Of a DNA stretch of 64,000 bases, positions 31,983 to 41,860 are shown in pieces. The stretch's first letter is position 1. Every line of letters starts with the position of its first letter. This DNA is from Gammaproteobacteria bacterium. Lineage in GTDB: Bacteria > Pseudomonadota > Gammaproteobacteria > QZLD01. The notes below the pieces were generated by a model that was not told the DNA's origin, did not search any database, and saw nothing but the letters and a program-made list of their open reading frames with translations. The stretch is taken from NCBI GenBank assembly GCA_004796365.1, contig QZLE01000154.1:4493-68492 (forward strand), given 5' to 3'. Made by a program: the position numbers and the translations under genes.

Positions 31983-33221
31983 ATGAGTTCTTTTACAACT
32001 GCTGACTTTGAATATATGCGCAGAGCAATCACGCTAGCGCAAAAAGGTATCTATACCACGGATCCCAATCCGCGAGTTGGCTGTGTTGTTGTGAATGGTT
32101 GTAAAGGGAGCGAGAAGATAATTGGTGAAGGCTGGCATCAAAGAGCCGGTGAACCTCATGCCGAAGTTAAAGCGCTTAATTCATGTGCTGAATCATCCGA
32201 ACTTTTTTTTCCCTCTGGGGGCTTTTCATTCGCTGATGGCTTTTTATCCGCTGAGGGCTCTTCATTCGCTGAGGGCTCTTCATTCGCTGATGGCTCTACC
32301 GTTTATGTAACCCTTGAACCATGTTCCCATTATGGCAGAACCCCACCTTGTGCTGATCTCCTGATTAAATCCAAGGTTAAACGAGTGGTTATTGCAATGC
32401 AGGACCCAAACCCACAGGTGGCTGGTAATGGTATTAAAAAACTGGAAGATGCAGGTCTTCAGGTTCAAGTTGGTCTTATGCAGGCAGAGGCTGAAGCCTT
32501 AAATCCTGGGTTTATCAAAAGAATGCAAACAGGTCTGCCATTTGTTCGCTGTAAGATGGCAATGAGTCTTGATGGCAGAACTGCAATGGCGTCTGGTGAA
32601 AGTAAGTGGATTACCGGTGAGCAGGCGCGGGCAGATGTTCACCGTCTCCGTGCTCGCAGTAGCGCAATAATTACCGGTATTGGCTCGATATTACATGACG
32701 ATCCGCAAATGGATGCTAGACTTGTAGATATGGATGTCAAACAACCACTTAGAGTGGTTGTGGACCCTAATTTACAGATTGCCGAAACGACACGGATTTT
32801 GGATGTCCCAAATGCTGAAAACGGGGTGCTTTTATTTGCCAGTACTGAAACCATAAGTGTAGACGTGCAAAAGGTAGAGCGATTACATCAGGTTGGAGCC
32901 AAAGTGGTGGTAGCCAATATGTTGGATGCGGATCGGGTAGATTTGAAGTGGGTTGTGAAATATCTAGCTGACGAAGGCATTAATGAGTTGATGGTAGAGG
33001 CCGGTGCTATTTTATCCGGTGCGTTTTTGCAGGCAGGTTTGGTTGATGAGTTGGTGGTTTACTTGGCACCACATATCATGGGTAGCGATGCCAAAGGTTT
33101 ATTTGCGTTGCCGGAGTTGGAAAAGATGGCAGACAAGATTGAGCTGGATATTCAGGACATTAGGGCAATTGGCGATGATTGGCGGATTGTTAGTAAGGTA
33201 AAAAATTGTTCACAGGAATAG
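31983..33221 (+). CDS. ribD: bifunctional riboflavin biosynthesis deaminase/reductase RibD
   Basis: Deaminase HAEV and PCSHYGRTPPC zinc motifs plus a reductase domain. Carries an in-frame 24-aa repeat insertion. Confidence 0.9.
   Translation: MSSFTTADFEYMRRAITLAQKGIYTTDPNPRVGCVVVNGCKGSEKIIGEGWHQRAGEPHAEVKALNSCAESSELFFPSGGFSFADGFLSAEGSSFAEGSSFADGSTVYVTLEPCSHYGRTPPCADLLIKSKVKRVVIAMQDPNPQVAGNGIKKLEDAGLQVQVGLMQAEAEALNPGFIKRMQTGLPFVRCKMAMSLDGRTAMASGESKWITGEQARADVHRLRARSSAIITGIGSILHDDPQMDARLVDMDVKQPLRVVVDPNLQIAETTRILDVPNAENGVLLFASTETISVDVQKVERLHQVGAKVVVANMLDADRVDLKWVVKYLADEGINELMVEAGAILSGAFLQAGLVDELVVYLAPHIMGSDAKGLFALPELEKMADKIELDIQDIRAIGDDWRIVSKVKNCSQE
32220..32291 (+). repeat. 18-nt tandem repeat, 4 copies, in-frame inside ribD
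   Basis: ggcttttcattcgctgat / ggctttttatccgctgag / ggctcttcattcgctgag / ggctcttcattcgctgat. Confidence 0.85.
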
Positions 33222-33874
33222 TTGAAGACATAGGTAAGATTGCTCAGCTGCAAGACAGTGGTGGTGATGTGCGCCTTGAGGTTGCTGTTGGTAAGATGCC
33301 TCTTACCGATGTGAATCTTGGTGACAGTATTGCTGTGAATGGTGTTTGCTTGACTGTTACTGATTTGAGCGCAACCAGCTTTTGGGCTGATGTTTCCAAA
33401 GAGAGTTTAAATAAAACCTCGCTGGCTATAGCCAGAGCAGGTACCGAGGTTAATCTGGAAAAAGCTTTGATGCCAACCAGTCGCATGGGTGGCCATATTG
33501 TAAGTGGTCACGTGGATGGCCTGGGTGAGGTTGTCAGCCGTAATAATGATGCGCGTTCGGTTAAGTTTAAAATTAAGGCTCCGGCACAGATTGCAAAATA
33601 TATCGCGGCCAAGGGTTCGATCACTGTTGATGGTATCAGCCTTACGATCAACGAGGTTGATGGTGATCTGTTTTCGCTGAATATAATTCCACAAACCCTC
33701 AAGGAAACTACCTTGAATAACGCGAATCCTGGTAGAAAGGTTAATCTTGAAGTGGATATAATTGCGCGCTATCTGGAGCGATTGCTGCATGGTGGTGTGA
33801 GTCAGGAGAGTTATGACGGCGAGGCTGAAAAGTTATCGCTGGGTTTCCTGGCTGAAAATGGATTTGTAAAGTAA
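33206..33874 (+). CDS. ribE: riboflavin synthase
   Basis: MFTGIVE N-terminus; internal duplicated lumazine-binding halves. Confidence 0.9.
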   Translation: MFTGIVEDIGKIAQLQDSGGDVRLEVAVGKMPLTDVNLGDSIAVNGVCLTVTDLSATSFWADVSKESLNKTSLAIARAGTEVNLEKALMPTSRMGGHIVSGHVDGLGEVVSRNNDARSVKFKIKAPAQIAKYIAAKGSITVDGISLTINEVDGDLFSLNIIPQTLKETTLNNANPGRKVNLEVDIIARYLERLLHGGVSQESYDGEAEKLSLGFLAENGFVK

Positions 33875-34058
33875 AAGAATGGATTCCAGCTTGCGCAGGA
33901 TGACGATTAATAATGATTGGAGTATATAAACGTAATAAGCGCGGCATAGGCAAGGCAAGAATTTTTTGAAACGGAGCTTACTTGTTGCTAAATGAGTTTT
34001 TTAACAAAGGTTTTAAACACAGCATAAGCAAGCGCAATAGTTTATTTGAGATGAGATA

Positions 34059-35198
34059 ATGGCATTAAATACAGTTGAAGAAATAGTTGAAGACATCCGC
34101 CAGGGTAAAATGGTCATTATCATGGATGATGAAGACAGAGAGAATGAAGGTGATCTGCTTATGGCAGCATCAAAGGTTAGACCTGAGGATATAAATTTTA
34201 TGGCTCGCTACGGCCGTGGTTTGATCTGCCTTACCCTTACCCAGGAGCGTTGTGAAAAGCTTAAGCTGTCATTGATGGTTGAGAAGAGCGATTGCAAGCA
34301 TGGCACCAATTTTACGGTTTCTATAGAAGCAGCCGAAGGCGTAACTACTGGTATATCTGCGGAAGATCGTGCCAAGACTGTGCAGGCAGCAGTGGCACCT
34401 GATGCCTGTGCTGATGATATTGTACAGCCAGGCCATATTTTTCCACTTATGGCGCAGCCTGGCGGTGTTCTAACTCGCGCCGGACATACAGAGGCCGGTT
34501 GTGATTTTGCAAAGTTGGCAGGGTTGGAGCCTTCTGCGGTTATTGTTGAAATTCTGAATGAAGATGGCACTATGGCGCGTTGCGATGACCTAATCAAGTT
34601 TGCCAAAGAGCATAGTTTGAAGATGGGTACCGTGGCTGATCTGATTAATTATCGAATTGCCAATGAAAAGCAGATCGAAAGAATTGGTCAGTGCGAGTTC
34701 CCAACTGAGTATGGCATGTTTCAACTGATTACTTATCAGGATAGTATCGATAAGGCGATTCATCTTGCTTTGATCAAAGGTCATGTTACCCCTGATGAGC
34801 CAACTCTGGTTCGTGTGCATATGGAAAACCCTCTTTGTGATTTGCTTTATGGAGTACGCCGTGAAGAGAGGTTGCCGCTGCGTCAGGCGATGAAATATGT
34901 TTCGCAGGAAGAAAATGGTGTGGTACTTGTGCTTCGTAAAAGTGATCACAATGAAGATATGCTGCGTTCTATACATGAATATCAGCGCTCTGTTCCCGAG
35001 GTTGCCAAAGGTGAAGGGGGGCAAAGTGTAAAGCTGCGTAATTTTGGCCTTGGCGCTCAGATATTATCTGATCTGGGAGTTAAGAAATTACGTGTGCTAG
35101 GGAATAAGCGCAGAATGCATGCCCTTTCCGGTTTTGGAATAGAGGTAGAAGATTATGTGACTCCGTTAAAGGGTCAGGAAAGTTTAAATACAAAATAA
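34059..35198 (+). CDS. ribBA: bifunctional 3,4-dihydroxy-2-butanone-4-phosphate synthase / GTP cyclohydrolase II-like protein
   Basis: N-terminal DHBP synthase ([11 protein letters not shown]...). The C-terminal cyclohydrolase-like domain appears to lack the canonical Cys triad. Confidence 0.85.
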   Translation: MALNTVEEIVEDIRQGKMVIIMDDEDRENEGDLLMAASKVRPEDINFMARYGRGLICLTLTQERCEKLKLSLMVEKSDCKHGTNFTVSIEAAEGVTTGISAEDRAKTVQAAVAPDACADDIVQPGHIFPLMAQPGGVLTRAGHTEAGCDFAKLAGLEPSAVIVEILNEDGTMARCDDLIKFAKEHSLKMGTVADLINYRIANEKQIERIGQCEFPTEYGMFQLITYQDSIDKAIHLALIKGHVTPDEPTLVRVHMENPLCDLLYGVRREERLPLRQAMKYVSQEENGVVLVLRKSDHNEDMLRSIHEYQRSVPEVAKGEGGQSVKLRNFGLGAQILSDLGVKKLRVLGNKRRMHALSGFGIEVEDYVTPLKGQESLNTK

Positions 35199-35209
35199 AA
35201 GGAGATGCT

Positions 35210-35680
35210 ATGAGCCCTATTAAATTGATTGAAGGCGACTTTCGTGTTGAAGGTGCCAAGTTCACCCTGATTGCATCACGTTTCAATAGTTTTATTGTTG
35301 ATCGTTTGGTTGAAGGGGCAATTGATGCCCTGAAGCGTCATGGAATTAACGAAGAAAATATCGAGCTGGTAAAGGTGCCGGGGGCATTTGAGCTTCCATT
35401 GGCTGCAAAAAAGATTGTGGCATCAAAAAGGACAGATGCTGTAATTGCACTTGGTGCCGTGATTCGTGGTTCTACACCTCACTTTGATTTTGTTGCTGCA
35501 GAATGTACCAAGGGGTTGGCTTCTGTATCACTTGAGTCAGATATTACTGTTAGTAACGGAGTTATAACTACCGATACAATCGAGCAGGCAATCGAAAGAG
35601 CAGGGACGAAGGCAGGAAATAAGGGAGCAGAGGCTGCAATGACTGCTATCGAAATGGTAAGCCTACTCCGCAATTTGTAG
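35210..35680 (+). CDS. ribH: 6,7-dimethyl-8-ribityllumazine synthase
   Basis: FxIxxSRFN...GAxELP motifs. Confidence 0.92.
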   Translation: MSPIKLIEGDFRVEGAKFTLIASRFNSFIVDRLVEGAIDALKRHGINEENIELVKVPGAFELPLAAKKIVASKRTDAVIALGAVIRGSTPHFDFVAAECTKGLASVSLESDITVSNGVITTDTIEQAIERAGTKAGNKGAEAAMTAIEMVSLLRNL

Positions 35681-35706
35681 TTTTAATAACCTGTAGAGCA
35701 GCATTA

Positions 35707-36312
35707 ATGACCACAGAAAAGAAAGTTCCGACTGTCCATCGTACCAGGGCTCGCCACAGAATTTTGCAGGCTTTGTACCAATGGGAGATGACGCATAGCG
35801 ATTTGCATGACATAGAGACATTTTTTCATGAAGATCAGGATATGCGTCGTGTAGATATTGAGTATTTCAAGGAGCTATTACACGAGATTCCAAAAAACAA
35901 GAGTAGTCTTGATTCTAAGATAGGGCCGCTATTAGACCGACCTATAGACCAGCTTGACCCCATTGAGATCAATATCCTGCGTATGGCTGCTTATGAATTG
36001 ATTTTCAGAATCGATATACCTTATCGAGCAGTGATTAACGAAGCAGTCGAACTTGCAAAGGCGTATGGAGCTGAGGACAGTCACAAGTACATAAACGGTG
36101 TAGTTGACCGTATTGCCGATAGAGTTGAACTGCGCGTTAAAGAGATGGGGAATCGTGCTCCTAAGAAAAGGCAGCGCTTGAATCAGGAGGTTGTGGTAAA
36201 ACGCCAAAAGGTTAAGATCTCACAAAAATCTGCAGAGGCAAAAGAGAAGGCTCGCGAAGAAAAGCAAGCCCGCTATGAAGCTAAGGAAGAGCTGGCTAAT
36301 AAGAAGTTTTAA
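35707..36312 (+). CDS. nusB: transcription antitermination factor NusB with a roughly 60-aa Lys/Glu-rich C-terminal extension
   Basis: NusB core ARHRILQALYQWEM...; 201 aa against a typical 140 aa. Confidence 0.85.
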   Translation: MTTEKKVPTVHRTRARHRILQALYQWEMTHSDLHDIETFFHEDQDMRRVDIEYFKELLHEIPKNKSSLDSKIGPLLDRPIDQLDPIEINILRMAAYELIFRIDIPYRAVINEAVELAKAYGAEDSHKYINGVVDRIADRVELRVKEMGNRAPKKRQRLNQEVVVKRQKVKISQKSAEAKEKAREEKQARYEAKEELANKKF

Positions 36313-36354
36313 TAGCTATAGCTAAATAAAACCATAGGGGTATTCAGCATGCCC

Positions 36355-37107
36355 TTATGGCTTATTAATCACTAGTGTTTTATATATCTTGTTGTAAATT
36401 CCTTCATTTTTAATCTCGATTAGAGCCTTTTCATATTTTTTAGCAAATTCAGAATGCTTTGAATTGAAGAATGTATATACATTGGTTACAGCAATTGGTG
36501 GTTCTAGTCTATAAATCCCGAGTTCATTGGTATGAATAGCTTGAGAAATTCTATGTGCAGTTAAACCATCTGTAACGAAAATATCTGCCTTATCTTGGTA
36601 TAGATGAAGCAATCCAGACTTTACTGAATCTACATGGAATAATATGTGATCTTTAAAAAGAACATTTGAATATACTTGTCCTTTTACGCTTACAACCCTA
36701 AGTTTTTTTAACCCATCGATATTTGTTGCATCTATTTCTTTATTCGTGGAATAGGCATAAAAAGGGATGGTGGCAACAGGTTCATTAGCCATTATCAGGC
36801 CGTCTGAAGGGTTTGCGTACTCTTTTATTCTTGCAATCTCAGCATCAATACGTCCTGCCTCAAGCATTAGTTTAGCTTTATCAGGTGGGAGTATGGTTAA
36901 CTCAATTTCTTCGCCTGTTTTTTTAGAAATCTCATTTAATAGTTTGGCGCTTAATTTAAATGAAAGATCGTCCTTACTTCCGGCGGGGATGCTAAATATA
37001 ATTTTGCCGTCCTCCGCGGGAGTGATTTTTGTGGTTTTATCATTTGCAAAAATTAAACTGCAATAGATGCCTGCCAAAGCAAGCATTAAAAATCTTATTA
37101 TATTCAT
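36355..37107 (-). CDS. periplasmic solute-binding protein, family 3 (PBPb), copy 1
   Basis: Signal peptide; paralog of the adjacent gene; no permease or ATPase partner nearby. Confidence 0.6.
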   Translation of the reverse strand: MNIIRFLMLALAGIYCSLIFANDKTTKITPAEDGKIIFSIPAGSKDDLSFKLSAKLLNEISKKTGEEIELTILPPDKAKLMLEAGRIDAEIARIKEYANPSDGLIMANEPVATIPFYAYSTNKEIDATNIDGLKKLRVVSVKGQVYSNVLFKDHILFHVDSVKSGLLHLYQDKADIFVTDGLTAHRISQAIHTNELGIYRLEPPIAVTNVYTFFNSKHSEFAKKYEKALIEIKNEGIYNKIYKTLVINKP

Positions 37108-37245
37108 GTGTCCAGTTTTTATCTTTTTAATATTGTGGTAATTTTGTTACATAAGACTAAAAAGTCATAAATAAAATAATGTTATTTAAACTATTATTTT
37201 ACGGATTATAGGTAGTATACATTAAATCTAACGTTTCATTCTAGA

Positions 37246-37992
37246 TTACTTTGTCTCTTCGAATATTTTATCGTATATACCTTCTTTCTTGATTTCAATT
37301 AGAGCTTTTTTATATTCTATAGCTATATCAGCATTTTCAGCAGAAAAGAAAGTGTAAGCATCTACAACTGCTAGCGGTTGGTTTAATTTATAGATACCTA
37401 GCTCTTCTAACTTGAGAATGTCTGTAGTAGTCTGCGCTGATATTTCATCTGTAACAAAGATATCAGCACGTTTTTTATGTAAAAACCAAAAACCTGATTT
37501 TATTGAGTTTACAAAAGTTATCTGTGAACTTTTAAAAAAAGTTGGTGAGAATACTTGCCCCCTTAAAGCAGCTATCCTTAAAGTCTTTGAACTTTTGATA
37601 TCTTCAATGCTGACATCTTTATTTTTCGAGTAGGCGTAGAAAGGAAGTTTAACTATAGGCTCATCCACCATTACAAAAGAATTATAATTATCCGAAAATT
37701 CCTTTATTCTTGCCAGATCAGCATCAATTTCTCCTTTTTTCAACATTACTTTTGCTCTTTTATGTGGCAGTGTAATAAGGTCCATTTTATAGCCCGTTTT
37801 TTTGGAGATTTCTTTTAATACCTTTGCTCCTAATCTAAATGGTCTGTCTTTTTGGGTAACTCCGGCTAAGCCAAAGATTATTTTTTCCCTTTCTTTTGGG
37901 GCTTGGGTAGTCTTGGAAACGGTTTCATTAGCAGTGGCAGTGTTGCAAAAAATGCAGCCAATAGTAAGTAATAGTAAGCGTAAGAATTTCAT
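37246..37992 (-). CDS. periplasmic solute-binding protein, family 3 (PBPb), copy 2
   Basis: Signal peptide; tandem paralog. Confidence 0.6.
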   Translation of the reverse strand: MKFLRLLLLTIGCIFCNTATANETVSKTTQAPKEREKIIFGLAGVTQKDRPFRLGAKVLKEISKKTGYKMDLITLPHKRAKVMLKKGEIDADLARIKEFSDNYNSFVMVDEPIVKLPFYAYSKNKDVSIEDIKSSKTLRIAALRGQVFSPTFFKSSQITFVNSIKSGFWFLHKKRADIFVTDEISAQTTTDILKLEELGIYKLNQPLAVVDAYTFFSAENADIAIEYKKALIEIKKEGIYDKIFEETK

Positions 37993-38181
37993 TTGTCAGT
38001 TTTATGTCGGTGTTAAATGCATATGCAAGTCTTATAACATAAAAGTACGAATAATTCTTTGAATAAGCCCATGCTTTATATTTTTATCCTAAGTGCATTT
38101 TCATAATACTTTTCAAACTAGTTGTGCAATAATTCTAATTACATAGCTATAAGTAACTACGTATATCGCAAGGAAATAACA

Positions 38182-38895
38182 ATGAATACAAAACAGATCC
38201 AGCAAGCTTTAAAAGACGCCGGTTTTGATCCTGGCCCGATAGATGGAGTAAGGGGTAGAAGGACGATAAAGGCAATAAAAGATTTTCAGGCAGCTAACGG
38301 ATTGGCTGTGGATGGGTTAGTTGGACCAATAACTCAAGCTGCTCTGTTGCAAGGAGAGGAGCCACAAGTTGAAGAGGAAGAGTTTGCCATTCCCTTAACA
38401 TTGCCATGGCTTGAAACAGCTTACAATCTTATTGGCACTCAAGAGCAGCCAGGTGCTGGATCCAATGAAGCAATACTCGGTTGGGCAGAGGATCTTGAAA
38501 TTACATCGTATAACGATGATGACATCCCTTGGTGTGGTCTGTTTGTTGCACATTGTGTTGGTTCACAGATGCCAGAAGAAGTTCTACCAAATAATCCGCT
38601 AGGAGCGCGGCAATGGGAAAAATTTGGAAATGAAGTATCACCTTGTTTAGGTTCGGTAATGGTTTTTTGGCGTGGTAGTCGTGATGGCTGGAAGGGGCAC
38701 GTTGGATTTTACTGGGCAGAAGATGATAGCGCATATCATATTCTTGGGGGCAACCAGTCAAATTCAGTAAGCGTAACCAGGGTAGCTAAGGATCGATTTC
38801 TATCTGCTAGATGGCCTGATACTGGGCTGGAGGCTGAAAGTATTATTAGGCTTGCTACTGAAAGTGGTAGATTGTTTTCTACAAATGAAGCATAG
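38182..38895 (+). CDS. signal-less peptidoglycan hydrolase: N-terminal PG_binding_1 domain plus a C-terminal CHAP/NlpC-P60-like (TIGR02594-like) domain
   Basis: PG-binding repeats (GPIDGVRGRRTIKAIKDFQAANGLAVDGLVGPIT) and a Cys...His pair (WCGLFVAHCV...GHVGFY). ATG at 38182 with an AAGGA RBS. No signal peptide. Confidence 0.6.
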   Translation: MNTKQIQQALKDAGFDPGPIDGVRGRRTIKAIKDFQAANGLAVDGLVGPITQAALLQGEEPQVEEEEFAIPLTLPWLETAYNLIGTQEQPGAGSNEAILGWAEDLEITSYNDDDIPWCGLFVAHCVGSQMPEEVLPNNPLGARQWEKFGNEVSPCLGSVMVFWRGSRDGWKGHVGFYWAEDDSAYHILGGNQSNSVSVTRVAKDRFLSARWPDTGLEAESIIRLATESGRLFSTNEA

Positions 38896-38921
38896 GCTTT
38901 ACTGCTAGCAGACCATACATT

Positions 38922-39725
38922 ATGCAATCAGGTAATATGGACATCAATATGAAAAGAATCGTTTGGTTTTTACAGAATGTATTTATTCCAGTAGTTACAG
39001 TTGGTACTGCAACCATGGTTGCAATATTGAACTTCTCAGTTTCAAAAGTAGATCAAGATCTTAAACAGCAGATTGCCTCGGTTGATTTGGCTATTAAGGA
39101 GGCTCAAAATGAACGGGAAAAATTAAATGCTGAAAGGGAGTTTAATTTTAAGATTTACGATCTTGTACAGCAGTCAATAGAAGAGGGGAACGAAAAAAAG
39201 CAGGAAGTTGCTAAACAGTTTGTGATTGTGATGGTTGACGGAGAGCTAAGAAATAGGTTGCTTGGAGTCCTAGAGGCCGGTGGTACCGATGCAATTAAAC
39301 AGCAAACCGCGCTGCTTCTTAGAAAGGAGGAGCAGTTCAATGTCCAGCAGCAGATAATATTCTCTAAGCCTAAGGTAGTTAAAGAGGCATTTGACTGGGA
39401 AGATTTTGATTACGATATTTTTTGGTGTGAGAGATCTGGGCGTATTGCCAAAGAGCAAGCAGGGATTATTGCTAATCAAATGAAGGCAGATGGAGCCAAG
39501 GGAAGGGTTCGAGTTCGGGAACTGCCTAACTCTGTTAATGCAAAGTCGAACTATAAAGTATCTGGGTATTCAATTCGAATGGGTAAGAGTGAGCTAAGGC
39601 AGGCAAATGCGTTAAAAGATATGTCTGAAAAAGTATTGGATAATAATGGATTTAATGCTGATTTTGTTTTACAACCGACTCGACAAAGAACAAAATGGTA
39701 TCTCAGTGCTTTTGTGTGTCCTTAA
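38922..39725 (+). CDS. membrane-anchored coiled-coil protein, hypothetical
   Basis: One N-terminal transmembrane segment (IVWFLQNVFIPVVTVGTATMVAIL), then a coiled-coil-like region. Confidence 0.45.
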   Translation: MQSGNMDINMKRIVWFLQNVFIPVVTVGTATMVAILNFSVSKVDQDLKQQIASVDLAIKEAQNEREKLNAEREFNFKIYDLVQQSIEEGNEKKQEVAKQFVIVMVDGELRNRLLGVLEAGGTDAIKQQTALLLRKEEQFNVQQQIIFSKPKVVKEAFDWEDFDYDIFWCERSGRIAKEQAGIIANQMKADGAKGRVRVRELPNSVNAKSNYKVSGYSIRMGKSELRQANALKDMSEKVLDNNGFNADFVLQPTRQRTKWYLSAFVCP

Positions 39726-39751
39726 GAGAACAAGATAAATAGATTAGCTTT

Positions 39752-40498
39752 ATGCAAACGATACCCATTATAAACCTTTCAATAGCTGCTATTCCTGTAG
39801 TTATTACAATTATCATTCTATACAAATGGTCTCATGACTATAAAAATGGGATATATGCAGTTTGCAGAATGTTAGGGCAGTTATTAATTATTGGTTATTT
39901 TCTGGCATTTATATTTGAGTCGGACAGCGCCTTAATAGTATTGGGTGTTGCATCATTCATGCTATTTGTGTCGGCATGGATCTCATTACGCACAGTTCCT
40001 GATAAACGTCGGCAGATATATCTACAGGCCTTAGGTTCTTTGTTGATTGGTGGAGGGTCGGCTCTGGCTCTTATATCCCTGGGAGTTCTACAGCTTGACC
40101 CATGGTATAACCCACGTTTTTTTGTACCTCTTGCTGGGATGGTATTTGCCAATTCGATGAATTGTATCAGTCTTGCAGCAGATCGTTTGAGTGGAGAACT
40201 TCAGCGAGGGGGTTCCTATGAGTTTGCTAGGAACCACGCATTTCGCGCCGCACTTATTCCATCTACCAATCAGCTTTTTGCTGTTGGTCTAGTAGCTATT
40301 CCGGGGATGATGACAGGTCAGATCCTGTCTGGAGTTTCCCCGCTTATTGCAGCGCGTTACCAGATTATGATTATGTGTATGATCTATGGAACATCTGGGA
40401 TTACCACAGCTTGTTTTTTGAGCTTTGCCCGACCATATTTTGTAAAAGATGGAACTGAATATAAACAAGGAATGATAGATGAAAAAACTGATTACTAG
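39752..40498 (+). CDS. FetB/YbbM (UPF0014) family ABC-type permease, no adjacent ATPase
   Basis: Motifs GQLLIIGYFLAFIF, VPLAGMVFANSM and RAALIPSTNQLFAVGLVAIPGMMTGQ match the family. Confidence 0.7.
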   Translation: MQTIPIINLSIAAIPVVITIIILYKWSHDYKNGIYAVCRMLGQLLIIGYFLAFIFESDSALIVLGVASFMLFVSAWISLRTVPDKRRQIYLQALGSLLIGGGSALALISLGVLQLDPWYNPRFFVPLAGMVFANSMNCISLAADRLSGELQRGGSYEFARNHAFRAALIPSTNQLFAVGLVAIPGMMTGQILSGVSPLIAARYQIMIMCMIYGTSGITTACFLSFARPYFVKDGTEYKQGMIDEKTDY

Positions 40499-41231
40499 TA
40501 TCTTAATTGCTATGTGCTTATCGGGAGTATCTACGGTATATGCTGGAAACTGGTGGGAGAAGATAGTCGATACTGTGCAATCTTTTGATAAAGACCAAAG
40601 TTCTACTTCTTCCGTTGTCGGAGAACTATCAAATACCGATATAAGTAAGGCATTTAAGCAGGCATTGCAGATTGGTTCAGAGAATGTTGTTAAACAGCTG
40701 GGTAGAAAAGATGGGTTTAATGCAGACTCGCTAATCCATATACCGTTGCCAGATGACCTGAAAAGAATAAGGAAAATCTTGAAAAAAGTTGGTCTGGAAC
40801 GCTATGCAGATGATTTGGAGCTTAAGCTTAACCGGGCTGCCGAGGCTGCAACTCCAAAGGCGAAAAAACTATTTCTGGACGCAATCAAACAGATGACATT
40901 TAAGGATGTTCAAACGATCTATAATGGGCCGAAAGACTCGGCTACCCGCTATTTTCAGAAAAAAATGTCTCCACAGCTGGCTGGAGAGATGCGCCCGGTT
41001 GTCAATAAGGCTATGTCAGAGGTGGGCGTGGTGCAGGCTTATGATGGATTGATAAAGGAATATAAAGATATACCGTTTGTACCGGATGTAAAAGCTGATC
41101 TAACCAAGCATGTAGTAAATAAAGGGATGGAAGGGATTTTTTATTATTTGGCGAAGGAAGAGGCGGAGATACGCAAAGATCCTGTAAGGCATACAACGGA
41201 TTTATTGCGCAAGGTATTCGGCAATAAATGA
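40479..41231 (+). CDS. secreted hypothetical protein (possibly DUF4197-like)
   Basis: Signal peptide MKKLITSILIAMCLSGVSTVYA; overlaps the permease gene by 20 nt. Confidence 0.4.
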   Translation: MKKLITSILIAMCLSGVSTVYAGNWWEKIVDTVQSFDKDQSSTSSVVGELSNTDISKAFKQALQIGSENVVKQLGRKDGFNADSLIHIPLPDDLKRIRKILKKVGLERYADDLELKLNRAAEAATPKAKKLFLDAIKQMTFKDVQTIYNGPKDSATRYFQKKMSPQLAGEMRPVVNKAMSEVGVVQAYDGLIKEYKDIPFVPDVKADLTKHVVNKGMEGIFYYLAKEEAEIRKDPVRHTTDLLRKVFGNK

Positions 41232-41262
41232 AGTAACTAAGAGAGTCAAAATCATACCGGAT

Positions 41263-41790
41263 CTAATAGGCGGACATAAGCATCATGTTTTCTTCAGTTA
41301 CAGGAATGCCATTTTCCTGCATATAGTTGAATATTCGTTGCACATGGTCCTTATCAGCCTTATTTAATTCCTGAAAGATCTTATCAATGACAGAATTATT
41401 CTCTTCTTCCATGAATTGCTGAAAATGGATCTCCACTGCGGAGTTTTCAATTTCAAGGGCAAGATTAAAAGCGTAATCTCTAGTTGGCGGCATTAAATTA
41501 TAATCATCAATCAATTTTCTTAGGTTGGCATTTTCAGAGTTAAGTATGTCAAGCTCTTGAATGACCAAATTTTCTGGAAACTTGCTGAATACTTCACCAC
41601 TTTCAATGCCACTTTTAAAAAGTGCTGCGTGGTTTTTTTCTTCAAGTACCAGGCGCCACCAGAACTCACTATCTTGAGAAAATACCTTATAAAAGATTGT
41701 ATACAGTTCGCTTACATTTAGTTCAAGCTGAATCGATGCTTCAATAAGTTCTTTAAGTTGTGATGGAGTGTTTTGGCTCAATGATTTCAC
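41263..41790 (-). CDS. hypothetical protein, possibly a ferritin-like four-helix bundle
   Basis: Helical, with an ExxH-type motif (EEKNH); weak evidence. Confidence 0.3.
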   Translation of the reverse strand: MKSLSQNTPSQLKELIEASIQLELNVSELYTIFYKVFSQDSEFWWRLVLEEKNHAALFKSGIESGEVFSKFPENLVIQELDILNSENANLRKLIDDYNLMPPTRDYAFNLALEIENSAVEIHFQQFMEEENNSVIDKIFQELNKADKDHVQRIFNYMQENGIPVTEENMMLMSAY

Positions 41791-41860
41791 CTAAGTATTG
41801 AGGTCAGTTTTAGTATTATCTAATTAGTATAGACAATAATCTATGACTAAATATTAAAAA

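Noticed and set aside
33875-34058. Possible FMN riboswitch upstream of ribBA; the region upstream of ribD (31819-31982) was also checked.
   Set aside because: None of the conserved RFN-element segments are present (for example GGATGG...CCGAC...AAGTCCGG).
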